Of a stretch of DNA of 64,000 nt, positions 62,299-64,000 are shown piece by piece (positions within the stretch are counted from its first letter, which is position 1; every line of letters begins with the position of its first letter). This stretch comes from Hemiscyllium ocellatum (taxonomy: Eukaryota), in the NCBI RefSeq assembly GCF_020745735.1, contig NC_083435.1:33479231-33543230 (forward strand). The letters run 5' to 3'. The notes under the pieces were generated by a model. It saw nothing but the letters and a program-made list of their open reading frames with translations. It was not told the origin of the DNA and did no database searches. The position numbers and the translations under genes were made by a program.

Positions 62299-62508
62299 AG
62301 AGAATGTGAGGACTGCAGATGCTGGAAATCAGAGTTTAAAAATGTGTTTCTGGAAAAGCGCAGCAGGTCAGGCAACATCAAAGGAACAGGAGAATCGACG
62401 TTTCGGGCATAAGCCCGAAGAAGTTCCTGAAGAAGGAGTTCCTGTCGATTCTCCTGTTCCTTTGATGCTGTCTGACCTGCTGCGCGTTTCCAACAACACA
62501 TTTTAAAG
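62299..62508. mobile_element. 210-bp palindromic Penelope-derived non-autonomous element with 13-bp TSD
   Basis: aatggaatgcgaa occurs at 62286-62298 and 62509-62521. Inverted arms lie at about 62341-62400 and 62444-62504. Hammerhead-motif halves sit in the centre. Confidence 0.85.
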
Positions 62509-64000
62509 AATGGAATGCGAAGGTTTTGTTGACATGTGAGAAGTGAATGCAAGCTTGCATAAAATAGAGAAAGATATGAAAAAGTTCAGACTCTCGAGGC
62601 AGCTTTGTTATATGATTAAAATTATAACTCAAACAATTGTAACCCCGAATCCACATTTCTGTAGAGCCCTGATAAAATTTCATTTCACTGTCTCATAAAA
62701 ATATATCTAATACTGCCTTAGGAAATTTTCGATAGCTCACTTTCAAGCACCTTTGCAGGAGCAGAGTTACAATAATTTAAAATATTCTCAAAGAAGGAAT
62801 ATCATCTCATCTCAGTTTTTAACAAGCTATACATCATTTCTAAACAGTCAACTCCGAGATCGAGATGTTTTCATAAGAAGTTCATGCGTTTTTCCACCAT
62901 TGGCACCTTACTCTTCGAACCAACAGAAATTACAAGCCGAGTCTATCATATGTTTCATAAAAGGACAACCATCCCACTCCAGATACAAGTCTAATAATCC
63001 ATCATCAAAATGTCTCCAGCTAATTTGCCTCCTTCCTAAAACAAAGTGAGCTATAATGGAGCGCAGTGCACAATACGTTAGCTTATCATGTATGTTGTCA
63101 TTAAAACAACTATGAATATGGCTTTAGGTGTCCTAAATATCGTCTGCACCTGATGCTACAATATTTAAACTCGTTTTGTGATGTGTGCGATGTTATTGGG
63201 TCAAGCATTTACTGTCAGGCCTAACTTGCCCTCGAGAGCTTGATGGGAAACAACAATTTTGAATGGCAGCGGTCAATATGCTGTATGTCAACCCTGAATA
63301 CAATTCATGAGGAAATTGAATCGATTTAGGCCAAGGACACTGAAGGAATGTTGACATACGTCCCAGTCAGGATGATAGATCGCTCAGGGAGTGACTTTCA
63401 GATGCTGCTTTGCCAATGTATCTGCTGTGTTTTTCTTTTTAGTAGTAATAGTTTGGAAGATTCCGTCGAAAGAGCTTTGAAAATCAATCCGTCAGGCCAC
63501 ACAAAGACATTTGCATCTCAGATGTTTGCAAACTCTTCTCATGTATTGAACATGTCACATGTGAATTCGTGGATTTGGGCAGGATGGAGAAAATAATATA
63601 ACATGATGACTGAATGATGATTCATCATTCAAGATGTTCACATTGAACAATCATTCACTGATCTCATACTGCCATTTCAGTTGTGAATGTTGCATATTGA
63701 AAGCCACGAAGACCATATTGTTTAGCAAGGATAGTTAGTATTTGATGCAGATTTTGAACAAAAGTTGTGATTATGTTGTGTTGTCATCATTGATATTGAG
63801 AAACAGAAAGTGTTAGTCTTGCCAAAATCAAAATACTGCAGATATTCAAAACCAGAAACAAAAACAAATGAAACGAAAGAAAACTTATAAATTTCAGCAC
63901 ATGTCAGGCAACGGTTAAGGTATGGTGGTGAACCCATGTGTTAATTAACCCAAATATCCAGAAAGGCTCACCTCGTCTCATGATCCGTTGGAGTATAAAT

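Noticed and set aside
1-64000. CRISPR arrays, rRNA genes, prokaryotic operons
   Set aside because: None seen; the window is eukaryotic and its repeats are retroelement-derived.

Overview
Repeat-dense vertebrate genomic DNA, almost certainly from a shark. It carries HE1-type SINEs, HER1/CR1 LINEs, Deu-domain SINEs and a shark-type orphan GPCR exon. Most short ORFs in the six-frame track are fragments of decayed retroelements. Supported content: (1) coding exon 1 of a GPR139/142-like GPCR at about 2.1 kb (minus), with 7-residue N-terminal repeats; (2) a young CR1 LINE at 17.7-21.6 kb (minus) with intact ORF1 (zinc finger, coiled coil, SGNH esterase) and intact ORF2 (APE endonuclease and RT), joined by a U_UUA_AAC slippery heptamer, with no AUG ahead of the endonuclease; (3) several Penelope-like element (PLE) families and short palindromic PLE derivatives carrying minimal hammerhead-ribozyme motifs, one flanked by a 13-bp target-site duplication; (4) a decayed epsilon-like endogenous retrovirus at 48.2-52.9 kb (minus) with LTR, tRNA-Pro PBS, gag and a deleted pro-pol, invaded by CR1 and PLE; (5) tRNA-Asn- and tRNA-Glu-derived pseudogenes, plus many older CR1/L2/Rex1/Tx1 fragments and solo LTR-like repeats. 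Boundaries of old repeats were judged by eye and are approximate. Repeat-family names come from recalled consensus similarity, not a database search.
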